Source: an uncultured Holophagae bacterium
Lineage (GTDB): Bacteria; Acidobacteriota; Thermoanaerobaculia; Thermoanaerobaculales; Sulfomarinibacteraceae
Length of the DNA stretch: 64,000 nt
Direction: 5' to 3'
Assembly (NCBI GenBank): GCA_963754985.1
Contig: CAVWIJ010000001.1
Coordinates: forward strand, 17,217-81,216
The translations under genes were made by a program, and so were the position numbers. Position 1 is the stretch's first letter, and each line of letters starts with the position of its first letter. Positions 19,758-29,341 of this stretch are shown in pieces. The notes beneath the pieces are model-generated. The model saw nothing but the letters and a program-made list of their open reading frames with translations. It ran no database searches and was not told the DNA's origin.

Positions 19758-20316
19758 ACTTGCCCTTGTCCCGCATCGAACGGTACGTCTCGACGATCTT
19801 CGTGATCGCCTTGTCGAGCTGCTTGAGCGCCTTCTCGGGGTTCTCCGACATCACGTCGGTCGCCGTGCCGCGCCAGACCGCGAGCTTGGTGTGGGCGTCC
19901 CAGATGTCGATGATCAGGCACCCTTTCCGGTAGGTGTTGACCTGGGTGCTCCCGGTCACCATGCTCGTGCCCCAGTAAGGGTCCCACCCCCAACCCGCGC
20001 CGTAGCTGTAGCCGTAGGCCTGTGAAATGACCTGGACCGATTCCTTCGGGTTGGTGTGGTAGATGACGTAGAGGTCGGGGTTCTTGGTGTCCTCGATGAA
20101 ACCCCCTCCGGTGAGCTCGTACTCGATCGACTCCTTGATGAACGAGTGCACCATCGGGTGATTCGCCTCGAGCACGCTCGGCGGCATCTCCCCCCACGCG
20201 AAGGTCTTGTACTTGCTGCGGTCGACCGTCCGATCGTAGTCCACGTACACCTTCTGCGCCGCCGCCGGCACGGCAACGGCCACCAGAATCGACAGCACGA
20301 TCAGCTTTTTCATCAT
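19756..20316 (-). CDS. DUF4136 family lipoprotein
   Basis: Start MMKKLIVLSILVAVAVPAAAQ. Contains YKTFAWGE and YRKGCLIIDIWDAHTKLAVWRGTA, with the insert AYGYSYGAGWGWDPYWG. Confidence 0.8.
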   Translation of the reverse strand: MMKKLIVLSILVAVAVPAAAQKVYVDYDRTVDRSKYKTFAWGEMPPSVLEANHPMVHSFIKESIEYELTGGGFIEDTKNPDLYVIYHTNPKESVQVISQAYGYSYGAGWGWDPYWGTSMVTGSTQVNTYRKGCLIIDIWDAHTKLAVWRGTATDVMSENPEKALKQLDKAITKIVETYRSMRDKGK

Positions 20317-20431
20317 GGTTCCCCCAGGTCGTTCGCCCGTATCGCGGTCTGACCGCGGAGGATACCACGGAAGCGCACGGCCCCCTGGCACGCTGTATGA
20401 TCGTCTCGGCGAGGGTGCGGAGGACCGCGGC

Positions 20432-20614
20432 ATGCGCTTCCTGATCGCCACCCTGATGGCCTGCCTGATCGCCGCGCCGGCCGCAGCAGGCTGGCTCGAC
20501 GACTACGTCGACTCCGAGGACGGCACGCTCGGCCTGCTCTCCGGCGTCGACGTCGCCCGGGGGCCCGAGGAGTGGGCGTTCTACATCCAGGTGGGACAGG
20601 CCTGGGGACACTGA
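20432..20614 (+). CDS. Small putative secreted protein
   Basis: 60 aa with signal-like MRFLIATLMACLIAAPAAAG. No family recognised, and in high-GC DNA this could be spurious. Confidence 0.3.
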   Translation: MRFLIATLMACLIAAPAAAGWLDDYVDSEDGTLGLLSGVDVARGPEEWAFYIQVGQAWGH

Positions 20615-20691
20615 GCCACTGCGCCCTCCCCACGTCACATCGGATCGACTATCATGGCGACGGTGCCGATCGCGCACCGGGAGGAACGGAC

Positions 20692-21156
20692 ATGAAGAAC
20701 GTCGCCATGCTCCTCGTCGTCGCTGCCCTGCTGGCTTCCGGCCCCGTTGCGGCTCAGGTGGTCAGCGACGAGACGATCCTCACCTACGACGTCATCAAGA
20801 CCGAGCGCAAGGCGCTGGCGATGGAGGCGCTCGAGATCACGCCGGAGCAGATGAAAGCCCTGTCGCCGATCTACGATGCCTACCTGGTCGAGGTCAACGC
20901 GCTCGACGCCCGGCTCGTGGCGCTGATCAAGCGCTTCATCGGCTCGTACAAATCGCTCGATGATCCCGCCGCGGAGCAGATGATCGACGAGATGCTCACC
21001 ATCCACCAGGCCCAGCTCGACCTCAAGAAGCACTACAACCGCAAGTTCCACGAGGCCCTGCCGGCGAACAAGGTGCTCCGGCTGATGCAGATCGAGAACA
21101 AGCTCGGCTCGATCATCCTCGCCCAGCTCGTCAAGGACATCCCGCTGGCGAAGTGA
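20692..21156 (+). CDS. Secreted helical protein, function unknown
   Basis: A GGGAGGA RBS precedes MKNVAMLLVVAALLASGPVAAQ. Composition is non-shadow (K/E/I-rich for this genome). No family recognised. Confidence 0.6.
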   Translation: MKNVAMLLVVAALLASGPVAAQVVSDETILTYDVIKTERKALAMEALEITPEQMKALSPIYDAYLVEVNALDARLVALIKRFIGSYKSLDDPAAEQMIDEMLTIHQAQLDLKKHYNRKFHEALPANKVLRLMQIENKLGSIILAQLVKDIPLAK

Positions 21157-21925
21157 CCTTCGCTGCCCAGCGGGCAGCGAAGGTCATCCCGAGCGAGGTG
21201 CGGCATCGGCCGCTCCGAGTCGAGGGATCTCATCCCGAGCGAGGTGCGGCATCGGCCGCTCCGAGTCGAGGGATCTCATCCCGAGCGAGGTGCGGCATCG
21301 GCCGCTCCGAGTCGAGGGATCTCATCCCGAGTGAGCGGCCCGCACCTTTCTTCTGTCATCCTGAGCGAGCGGCGCGCCAGCGCCGCGAGTCGAAGGATCC
21401 CCTGCGTGCACCGCGCCCTCCCACCGGAGCCATTGGGGGATGCTTCGACTCGCGGCCGGTGGCCGCTCGCTTCCAAATAACTACGGTCCGCTCGGTTGGG
21501 GTCCCTTTGGGCCCAAGTGGATGCACTGAAGCTATTTCCGTCCCTTGTTGGCCCCCGGGGCCCTGGGGGTGCTCAGCATGACAGTGGGGGTTTATGGTCC
21601 ACCCTGAGCGAGGGCCCGCCTCCCCCTGTCACCCTGAGCGAGGCCGCAAAGCGGCCGAGTCGAAGGGTCTCCCGAACTCACGCGGGACGGTGCTCGTGTG
21701 TTGAGGGGATGCTTCGACTCGCGGCCGGCGGCCGCTCGCTCAGCATGACAGTGGGGGTGGGAGATGCTTCGACTCGTCGCTCGCCTGGCGGCTCGTGACT
21801 CGCCTCCAAATCGCTACGCTCGGCTGGGTTGGGGTCCCTGTGGGCCCAAGTAGCTACGCTGAAGTTATTTCCGTCCCCTGTCGGCCCCCGGGGCCCTGGG
21901 AGTGCTCAGCATGACATGAGGTGGC
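21157..21925. repeat. 770-bp repeat cluster: 3 tandem 46-bp hairpin units, single hairpin modules in both orientations, and two copies of a ~113-nt unit
   Basis: 46-bp units CATCCCGAGCGAGGTGCGGCATCGGCCGCTCCGAGTCGAGGGATCT lie at 21185, 21231 and 21277. The 113-nt copies lie at 21472-21584 and 21805-21916. The cluster sits between convergent genes. Confidence 0.85.
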
Positions 21926-21955
21926 AGCGTCATCGGCAGTGAAGGTGGCGACGGG

Positions 21956-23086
21956 TCAGACAAGCTCCCTGACGTACTTCTCCCGCGCCAGGCGCCAGAA
22001 CACCACCAGGAAGGCGGTCAGAGGGATCGCCAGGATCATCCCGGTGATACCACCCAGCGCCGAGCCCCAGAAGAAGATCGCCACGATGATCACCATCGGG
22101 TGAAGGCCGGTACGATCGCCCATCACCTTCGGCGTCAGAAGGTAAGCCTCGATCGCCTGGACGATGGCGAACACCACGATCACCAGCACCACCCTGATCA
22201 GTCCACCACCGGACTGGAAGAAAGCAAGCGGGAGCGCGGTGGCGAGCCCGATGATGCTGCCGAGGTACGGGATGATGTTGAGGAAGCCGAGCACCATGCC
22301 GATGATGAACCCGTATTTCAGGCCGACCACGCTGAAACCGATCGCGAACAGCACGCCCTGCAGGAAGGCGACGATGAGCTGGCCCCGGAAGAAGGCGACG
22401 ATGATCTCCACGAACTGGGTGAACAGGTAGGCGACGTCGTTGCGGGTCTCCTCCTTGAGGAAGGGCAGGTAGCGCTGGATCTCCACCTTTCCCGGGGCGT
22501 CCGCCAGCAGGAAGAACGCAAAGTAGACAGGGGCCACGAACCAACCGAACAGGGAAATCACGAAGGACACCACGCTGATGCCGGCGCTCAGGGCGCCCCG
22601 GCCAACTGCCTCGAGGCCCTGCACCAAGGCTTCCTCTTGACCCTCGATCCCGGCCCGAAGGCCCTTGAGGTACCGGTTGTTCTCGACAAAGGTCACGACC
22701 GTCGGCGCGTGCTCCTCGACCCAGGCCGCGAGCGCCTGCCACCACTCCGGCAGCTTGGCGACGAGATCGCCGAGCTGAGCGACCAGGAGGGAGCCGAAGA
22801 ACCAGAAGAAGGCCAGCAGCGGGATGATCGCGGACAGGAAGACGGCGACCAGTGCCAGCACCCTGCCGAGCCGAAGCCGGTCCCGCAGCCATTCGAAGTA
22901 GGGCTGGCAGACCAGCGCTGCCACCCCGGCCACGGCCAGCGGTAGGAAGACGTTGGCGAATCGGCTGAAGAAGGAGCCGACCAGCCAGAACACCCCTCCA
23001 ACGGTCGCGATGATCACGCCCGCGGACACGATCGTCAGCGCGGCCGCAATGGTGGCACGTTGGCGATCGCTGAGCTCGAGGTTCAT
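21956..23086 (-). CDS. AI-2E family transporter (PerM/UPF0118)
   Basis: 376-aa polytopic membrane protein with the typical length and topology and a C-terminal block GLIGMILAIPL-like (GGITGMILAIPLTAFLVVF). Confidence 0.8.
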   Translation of the reverse strand: MNLELSDRQRATIAAALTIVSAGVIIATVGGVFWLVGSFFSRFANVFLPLAVAGVAALVCQPYFEWLRDRLRLGRVLALVAVFLSAIIPLLAFFWFFGSLLVAQLGDLVAKLPEWWQALAAWVEEHAPTVVTFVENNRYLKGLRAGIEGQEEALVQGLEAVGRGALSAGISVVSFVISLFGWFVAPVYFAFFLLADAPGKVEIQRYLPFLKEETRNDVAYLFTQFVEIIVAFFRGQLIVAFLQGVLFAIGFSVVGLKYGFIIGMVLGFLNIIPYLGSIIGLATALPLAFFQSGGGLIRVVLVIVVFAIVQAIEAYLLTPKVMGDRTGLHPMVIIVAIFFWGSALGGITGMILAIPLTAFLVVFWRLAREKYVRELV

Positions 23087-23301
23087 CGGCTGACTCCTCC
23101 GCGCGTTGGTGCAGCGCCATCGTAGCCGGACCGCGACTCCCGGACAATCGACCGAGCCGCCATCCCGGACATGTGCGTTGAGGGTCCTGGCTCGAGAGTC
23201 GGGCTCGTGTCCGCAGCGCGTCTGCGTCGGCGATCGGAGCGAGTTCGTCGCCTGCCGACGCTCAATCCTCGGCTAGAATCCCCGGCATCAAGGAGGAGCA
23301 C

Positions 23302-25243
23302 GTGCCGAATCCTGCCGACTCGAAATCGCCGACGTTTGCCAGACACCTGCGCCGGTGGCTCGTCGTACTCGCCGTCGCGTGCATCGCGCTCGAGCTCCTC
23401 TACCTCGTCGCCGCAAGCCTGATGCTGCGCGGGGACACGACTCGTCCGCCTGATCAACAAGAAGCCCGAGAAGATGCAGATCACGTGGACATCAGCGCGG
23501 AGCTGGTTCCCCGGTGTCGTGACCGTGGACGAGCTCGAGATCCGCGGCCAGACTCGCAGGATCCAGTGGTACGTGGCGGCCGACGACGTTCACGCGCGCA
23601 TCAGCCTCCTGAGGCTGCCGTTGAAGCGAGTCCACCTCAGCTCGGCTCACACTGCCGGGATCGACTTCCGACTGCGCCGCAGGCTCGACCCTCCTGCCAA
23701 GGAGGGCGCAGAAGGCGCCCCGCCAGAAATCAGGGGCAGCGAGCACTTCCCGGAAATCCCGGGCTTCACCAACCCCCCGGATCCCAAACCCGAGGATATC
23801 TACCCGCCCAAGAAGAAGCTCAAGAAGCCGTGGACCATCCACCTCGGCGGGGTCGACGTCGACGGACTGATTCGGGTCGCGGTCGGCCGCATGCGACTCG
23901 ACGGCGAGGGGATCGCGTCCGGGGCCATGACCTATCGCACGCGCGACTTCGTGGAGGTCCGGCGCGGCAACCTCGTGCTCACGAAGGGGCGCTTGACCAT
24001 CGACTCCGAGGTGGCCAGCGACGACCTCACCCTCGATGTCAGCTCGCGCTGGCGGGCGTTCCCCGCGAAAGGGGCCAAGCTCCCCCAGATCCTCGAGGGG
24101 GTCTCCGGGAGCTTCGCCATCGCCGGCAACATCCACAGCAAGGCCTCGGTCCCGATCGAGCTGGTGCCGGGCCTGCCGATCTCGGCGACCGGCCGGCTGG
24201 ACACCACGCTCCGCCTCGAGGACGGCACGCTCCAGCCGGACAGCTCGTACGCCTTCACCGCCGACGACCTTCGCGTCGGCCTCCTCGGCCTGACCGCGGT
24301 CGGATCGGCGAAGGTCGCCGGCACGACCCGCGCCGGGGACAGCGGCCCGCGAACCGAGGTGACGATCGACCTCGACTCGTTCGAGTTCCTCAGCCCGGAA
24401 GATGCCTCGGTGGGGATCCATGGCTCCGGCCTCGCCGTGCGCGCCGCCTGGGACGGGCAATCGCTGGCACACTGGAAACCTGCAACCTCGGTCGAGGTGG
24501 AGCTGCCTCCGGCCGAGATCAGCGATGTCGGCGTCGTCGGCAGGCTGTTGCCCGTGAACTTGGGCCTCGCCGTCACGTCAGGAACCGGCACGCTGAGCGC
24601 CCAGCTGGCGGTGGACGCGGACCGGCAGGCGAGCGGGCAGCTGGACCTCACCACACAGCAGCTCCGGTTGGAAGCGCGCGGCGTCCCGATGCGGGCGGAC
24701 TTCGGGATCCACACCACCCTGACGCGGGGTGACCTGCAGGAGCGCCGATTCGAGGTCGCAGAGGCGACCATCACCGTCGACAACGCGATGAACGAGGCCC
24801 TCAACCACAAGGAGCAGGAGAAGCGCGGTCCCTGGTGGTGCTCGCTGAAGCTCACCCAGGGAACCCTTGTTTTTGGGCGGCCGATGACGGCGAGCGGCGC
24901 GATGGCCATGAAGCTGCGTGACATCCGTCCGGTTGTGACCATCATCAACGAGTTCTCAGACCCGCCGAAGTGGATATCACTGCTGCCCGACGTCAAGAAC
25001 ATCGACGGATCCATGATCATCGACGCGGACGGCACCGCGACCGCGGTCAAGGACGCGGACATCACCGGCGAGTCGCTCCAGATGCTCGGTTCGCTGCGGC
25101 TTGCGGAAAAGAAGGCGGACGGCCGGATCTACGTGAAGTACAAGGGTGTGGCGGCCGGTATCGGTCTCGACCACGGCAAGAGCTCGCTTCACCTCGTCAA
25201 ACCCCGGGAGTGGTTTGACGAGCAGGGGGCGAACCCCCGCTGA
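23302..25243 (+). CDS. Membrane-anchored protein of unknown function, one frameshift at the G-run 23431-23434
   Basis: GTG 23302 follows an AAGGAGGA RBS. The TM segment WLVVLAVACIALELLYLVAASLML (ORF 23302..) joins ORF 23474..25243. The rest is beta-rich and vaguely AsmA/TamB-like, but unassigned. Confidence 0.55.
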
Positions 25244-25340
25244 CTCCTGCTGGTTCTCTCTGATCCTGATTGCCGGGCTCGGAATCCGCATCGTGGGATG
25301 GCCGAACCGCCGTCGTTCAATGGGATTTCGAGCCCGGGAA

Positions 25341-26601
25341 TCAGGATGGACGCTTGACGAACAGGAGCAGCGTGCCGCCGCCGAGGAACAGCACCACGAT
25401 CGAAAGGATGGCGAGGCGCGGGTTGCCGGTGGCCACGCCCACCCAGCCCATCAGCACCGGCCCGATCACCGCCGCGAATTTGCCCAGCATGTTGTAGAAG
25501 CCAAAGAACTCGGCTGACTTCTCGGGTGGGATGAGGCGTGCGTAGAACGAGCGCGACAGCGCCTGGACGCCCCCTTGGACGAGCCCGATGGTGATGGCGA
25601 GGGCGTAGAACTCCCAGACCGAGTCCATGAAGAACGCCCACACCGTGACCAGGACGTAGACGCCAATGCCGATCAGGATGCCGGTCTTCGCGCCCAGCCG
25701 GGTGCCGATGCGGCCGAAAGCGATCGCCGCCGGGAAACCGACGAACTGGGTGATCAGCAGCGCCAGGATCAGCCCATTGCGGCCGAAGCCCAGCGCCATG
25801 CCGTAGTCCACCGCCATCCGGATGATGGTGTCGACGCCGTCGATGTACAGCCAGTAGGCGAGCAGGAAGAGGAACACCATCCGCAGGCTGCGGATCTCGC
25901 GGAAGGTCGCAGCCAGCTGGGAGATCCCGCCGCGAATCGCACTCGCCAGGCTGGTCCCGCGTCGCAGCGCGCCTTTCCCTGACGAACACGAACAGCGGAA
26001 TCGCGAACACCGCCCACCACACCGCCGTGAGCAGGAAGGACAGGCGGACTGCCTGATCCGCGCCGGCCAGCCCGAAGCGCGCCGGCCACAACGTCATCGC
26101 GACGCAGCCCGCGAAGAGCACGCCGCCCCCGAGGTAGCCGAGCGCGTAGCCGAGCGCCGACACGACGTCGTAGCGATCCTCGCTGGTGACCGAGACGATG
26201 AGGGCGTCGTAGAAGACATTCGCACCGAGGAAACCGACCGTGGACAGCACGAACAGCACCAGCGCGATCTCCCACCGCCCCATCGCCACCCAGGTCAGCG
26301 CCCCGGTCATGGCCACGCCGAGCGCGAGAAAGGCGAGCAGGAAGCGCTTGCGGGCGCCGCCGCGGTCGGCGATCGCGCCGAGCACCGGGCCGAAGGCGAC
26401 GATCACCAGGCTCGCAATGGAGTTGGCGAGGCCGAGCCGGAAGGTGATGGTGGAGCTCGCCTCCCCGGCGCTCCAGACGTCGCGAAAGAAGATCGGGAAG
26501 AAGCCTGCCAACATGACCGTCGCGAAGGCGGAGTTGGCCCAGTCGTAGAGCGCCCAGGAAACCACCGCGCGCCGATCGCCGGCGGTATCGCGCCCCCTCA
26601 T
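25341..26601 (-). CDS. MFS transporter (UMF1/Atg22-like), one frameshift near 25960
   Basis: The N-half is in ORF 25189..26601 (VSWALYDWANSAFATVMLAGFFPIFF). The C-half is in ORF 25341..25880 (LLAYWLYIDGVDTIIRMAVDYG...FFGFYNMLGKFAAVIGP). Confidence 0.8.
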
Positions 26602-26718
26602 CGCGTTGAGTCCGGAGACAGCCGGCTGCGCACCGGCGCCGTTCGCCCAGCGACACGAAACGCGGGGGCCGAAGCCCCCGCGGAATCGACAGCGCTCAGC
26701 ACTCGAGCCGACTGGCGA

Positions 26719-27306
26719 TCACTCATTCAGCTTGTCGTTCTTCTCGTACTTGGTGCCGGCGATGTCGGCCGTCGCCATCAACCCCTTGTCGGAGATCTGG
26801 TAGACGGCGATGCCGTTGACGAAGCCGGTCTGGACGCCGGCACCCTCGCCGCCCGCCTGGGCGCCCGCCGAGGCGTCGGCCTGCCAGCCCTTGTCGACGA
26901 AGTTCTTGAAGGTCTGCTCGTCCTGGAAGAGGAACAGCACCTGGTACTTCTTGGCGCCAAGGCTGAGGCCGATGCCGGCAGTCCCCATCTTCATGTAGGT
27001 CCGGTTGCCGGTCTTCTTGTCGACGGCCACACCGTTGCCGCCACCGCCGGAGAAGCCGAAAGCGATCTTCATGTTGTCGAAGGCGGCCCAGCCGTAGGCG
27101 TCCTTGTACAGCTCCTTGGCCTTGGCATTCTCCGACAGGACGTCATCCTTCGTCTTGTCTGCCGTCTCGTCGATCTTGGCCCGCTTGGAGGCCTGATCGA
27201 GCTCCTCCCAGCTCTTCTCCTCGGCCCGCAACAGCGATGCACTTCCGATCAGTCCAACCACAGCCACCACCACCACGATTCTTCGCGTCATGCCATTCAT
27301 GGTCAT
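26719..27306 (-). CDS. Secreted SYLF/Ysc84-like domain protein (paralog 1)
   Basis: Has a signal peptide, then AYGWAAFDNMKIAFGFSGGGGNGVAVDKKTGNRTYMKMGTAGIGLSLGAKKYQVLFLFQ. The family call is from general resemblance only. Confidence 0.5.
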   Translation of the reverse strand: MTMNGMTRRIVVVVAVVGLIGSASLLRAEEKSWEELDQASKRAKIDETADKTKDDVLSENAKAKELYKDAYGWAAFDNMKIAFGFSGGGGNGVAVDKKTGNRTYMKMGTAGIGLSLGAKKYQVLFLFQDEQTFKNFVDKGWQADASAGAQAGGEGAGVQTGFVNGIAVYQISDKGLMATADIAGTKYEKNDKLNE

Positions 27307-27385
27307 CCTCCCTGTTCGAGTTTGATGTCTCGCATGAAACAACCTGCCCTGGTGATTGAGACTTCCCTTTCGGCCCGACCGCGCG

Positions 27386-27988
27386 CTACTCCGAAGGGTT
27401 GAGCTTCTTGTTCTTCCAGTACTTGGTGCCGGCGACGTCGGCGTTGGCCATCAGGCCGGTGTCGGTGATCTTGAAGATCGCGAGACCGTTGACGAACCCG
27501 ACCGATGGGTTGACGCCCTCGGTGCCGGCCGCCGCGGTGACCCCGGCGTCGGCCTGCCAGCCGTTCTCGACGAAGTTGACGAAGGTCCCCTTGTCCTGGA
27601 AGAGCATGATCACCTGGTAGGTCTGGCCGCCCAGGCCGAGCCCGATGCCGGCGGTTCCCATCTTCATGTAGGTGCGGTCGCCGGTGTCCTTGTCGACGGC
27701 GACGCCGTTGCCACCGCCACCGGAGACGATGATCGCCACCTTCAGGTTGTCGAACACCGCCCAGCCGTAGGCCTTCTCGAACAGAGTCTCGGCCTTGACG
27801 CTCTTGGTGAACAGCTCATCGAGCGCCTGCTGCGCCATGTCGTCGATCTTCGCCCGCTTCGCTTCACGCTCGAGAGACTTCCACTTCGGGATCTCGTCAT
27901 CCGCCAGAGCGGGCCGAGACAACGATGGCGACAGGACGCAAGCGACCGCCGCGACGATGACCACGATCCGCCAGGAACTGAGCTTCAT
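27386..27988 (-). CDS. Secreted SYLF/Ysc84-like domain protein (paralog 2)
   Basis: MKLSSWRIVVIVAAVACVL follows a GGAG RBS. The sequence is collinear with the neighbouring paralog (AYGWAVFDNLKVAIIVSGGGGNGVAVDKDTGDRTYMKMGTAGIGLGLGGQTYQVIMLFQ). Confidence 0.5.
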   Translation of the reverse strand: MKLSSWRIVVIVAAVACVLSPSLSRPALADDEIPKWKSLEREAKRAKIDDMAQQALDELFTKSVKAETLFEKAYGWAVFDNLKVAIIVSGGGGNGVAVDKDTGDRTYMKMGTAGIGLGLGGQTYQVIMLFQDKGTFVNFVENGWQADAGVTAAAGTEGVNPSVGFVNGLAIFKITDTGLMANADVAGTKYWKNKKLNPSE

Positions 27989-28076
27989 CGGTGACTCCTT
28001 CAGATGTCGGACTGCCTTCGCAGGGATGATACCCGCGGCCGTCCGATCCCGCAAACACCGGCTGAGCGCCGGGCTG

Positions 28077-28322
28077 CTACTCGCAGGACGCCTGCTGCCA
28101 GCCGCCGCGAATGCTGGTGCCTCCGCAGTAGCCCTTGCCGCTGCTGTTCGGGTTGTTCAGGTAGGCGAGGATGCTGCCGCAGCTCTCATCCTCGGCCGGC
28201 GTCACCTGACAGACGCCCGTGTAGCGCGAGTTGGTGAAGCAGCACGGCTCCTTCGCCTCGCCGGCGGCGGTGTGCCGGGCGGCGATCACGAAGACCAGCC
28301 CAGCCGCCACCGCGGCACCCAA
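28077..28322 (-). CDS. Small cysteine-rich secreted peptide
   Basis: Has a hydrophobic leader, then EPCCFTNSRYTGVCQVTPAEDESCGSILAYLNNPNSSGKGYCGGTSIRGGWQQASCE (6 Cys). An ATG at 28353 (MTRR...) would give a canonical signal peptide if a frameshift near 28325 is assumed. Confidence 0.45.
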   Translation of the reverse strand: MGAAVAAGLVFVIAARHTAAGEAKEPCCFTNSRYTGVCQVTPAEDESCGSILAYLNNPNSSGKGYCGGTSIRGGWQQASCE

Positions 28323-28527
28323 GCACCACGCCTGCGCAACACCGTCGAGTCATGACACGACCTCCCCATGAAGCACTGTGGGAATGGTATCCCATCCGGT
28401 TCCCGCCGGCTGACAGGGAAAATTACGGAGGAAGTGCCCGCGATCACGCTCATGATTCGTCCGTTCGCCCACCGTGCCAGCCAACCTACCGGCCGGGCGG
28501 CAACAGGTCAGCGTCGACAGCCGGCCG

Positions 28528-29309
28528 TCACGAGCCGAGCCCTTCAAGGAACTCCAGACACAGCGCGGCCAGCCGCTTGGGACTGCTCGACGACCACCGC
28601 GTGGCCCGCGCCCTCGATGAGCACGAAACGGGCGCCGCGGATGCCGTTGGCGAGGGCGCGCGTCCGGGCGAAGGGGATGAAGCCGTCGAGACTCGGCGGC
28701 AACGACCAAAGCCGGGCACGCGACCGCGGCGAGCTCGCCGGCGAGCGCCACGCTCGGGATCGAGTCGAGCAGCCCGGCCAGGCCTTTGAACCAGGAATCG
28801 GGCAGCGCGGCGATCTGGCGGCGCCGCAGCGCCCGCTCCTCGCCGTGGGCGGCCAGATAGCCGGGCGAGTAGACCACCGGCTCGAGCACGTCGCTGATCA
28901 GGCCCCGGTCACCACCCGCCAGCGAGTCGAGGCACGATCGGCGCCACCGCGCCACCTCCTCGGCCATCACATCGTCGAAGGCATCGGCCGACGCGATCGA
29001 GACCAGCGACCGCACTCGCTGCGGCCAGCGCGCCGCCACCAGCAGCGCCACCGCCGCGCCAAAGGAGGTCGCCACCAGATGCGCGCGATCGATGGCGAGC
29101 CGGTCGAGCAGGTCCACCACCTCGGCGGCGTGCTCGAGCACGTCGGCCGGCGGCTCGCCCGGCGACAGCAGCTGGCCGCGGAAGTCGCAGCGAACCACCC
29201 GGAAGCGCTCGGCCAGCGGCCGCGCCATCTCCTCCCAGCTCGCGACGCTCATCGCGATGCCGTTGAGCAGGAGCAGCGGCTCGCCCTCGCCGTCGACGCG
29301 ATGGAACAT
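28528..29309 (-). CDS. Alpha/beta hydrolase, two frameshifts near 28687 and 28583
   Basis: Contains LLLLNGIAMS, the nucleophile elbow VATSFGAA, and GAGHAVVVEQ...RLAALCLEFLEGLGS after frame correction. Confidence 0.7.
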
Positions 29310-29341
29310 CAGGCCTTCACCGGAGCTTCACGTGGCGGCCT

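Noticed and set aside
21153-21798. Small ORFs 21153..21581, 21244..21480 and 21496..21798 as genes
   Set aside because: They lie entirely within tandem/inverted repeat modules (46-bp period). Their peptides (RHRPLRVEGSHPERGAAS...) are repeat translations.
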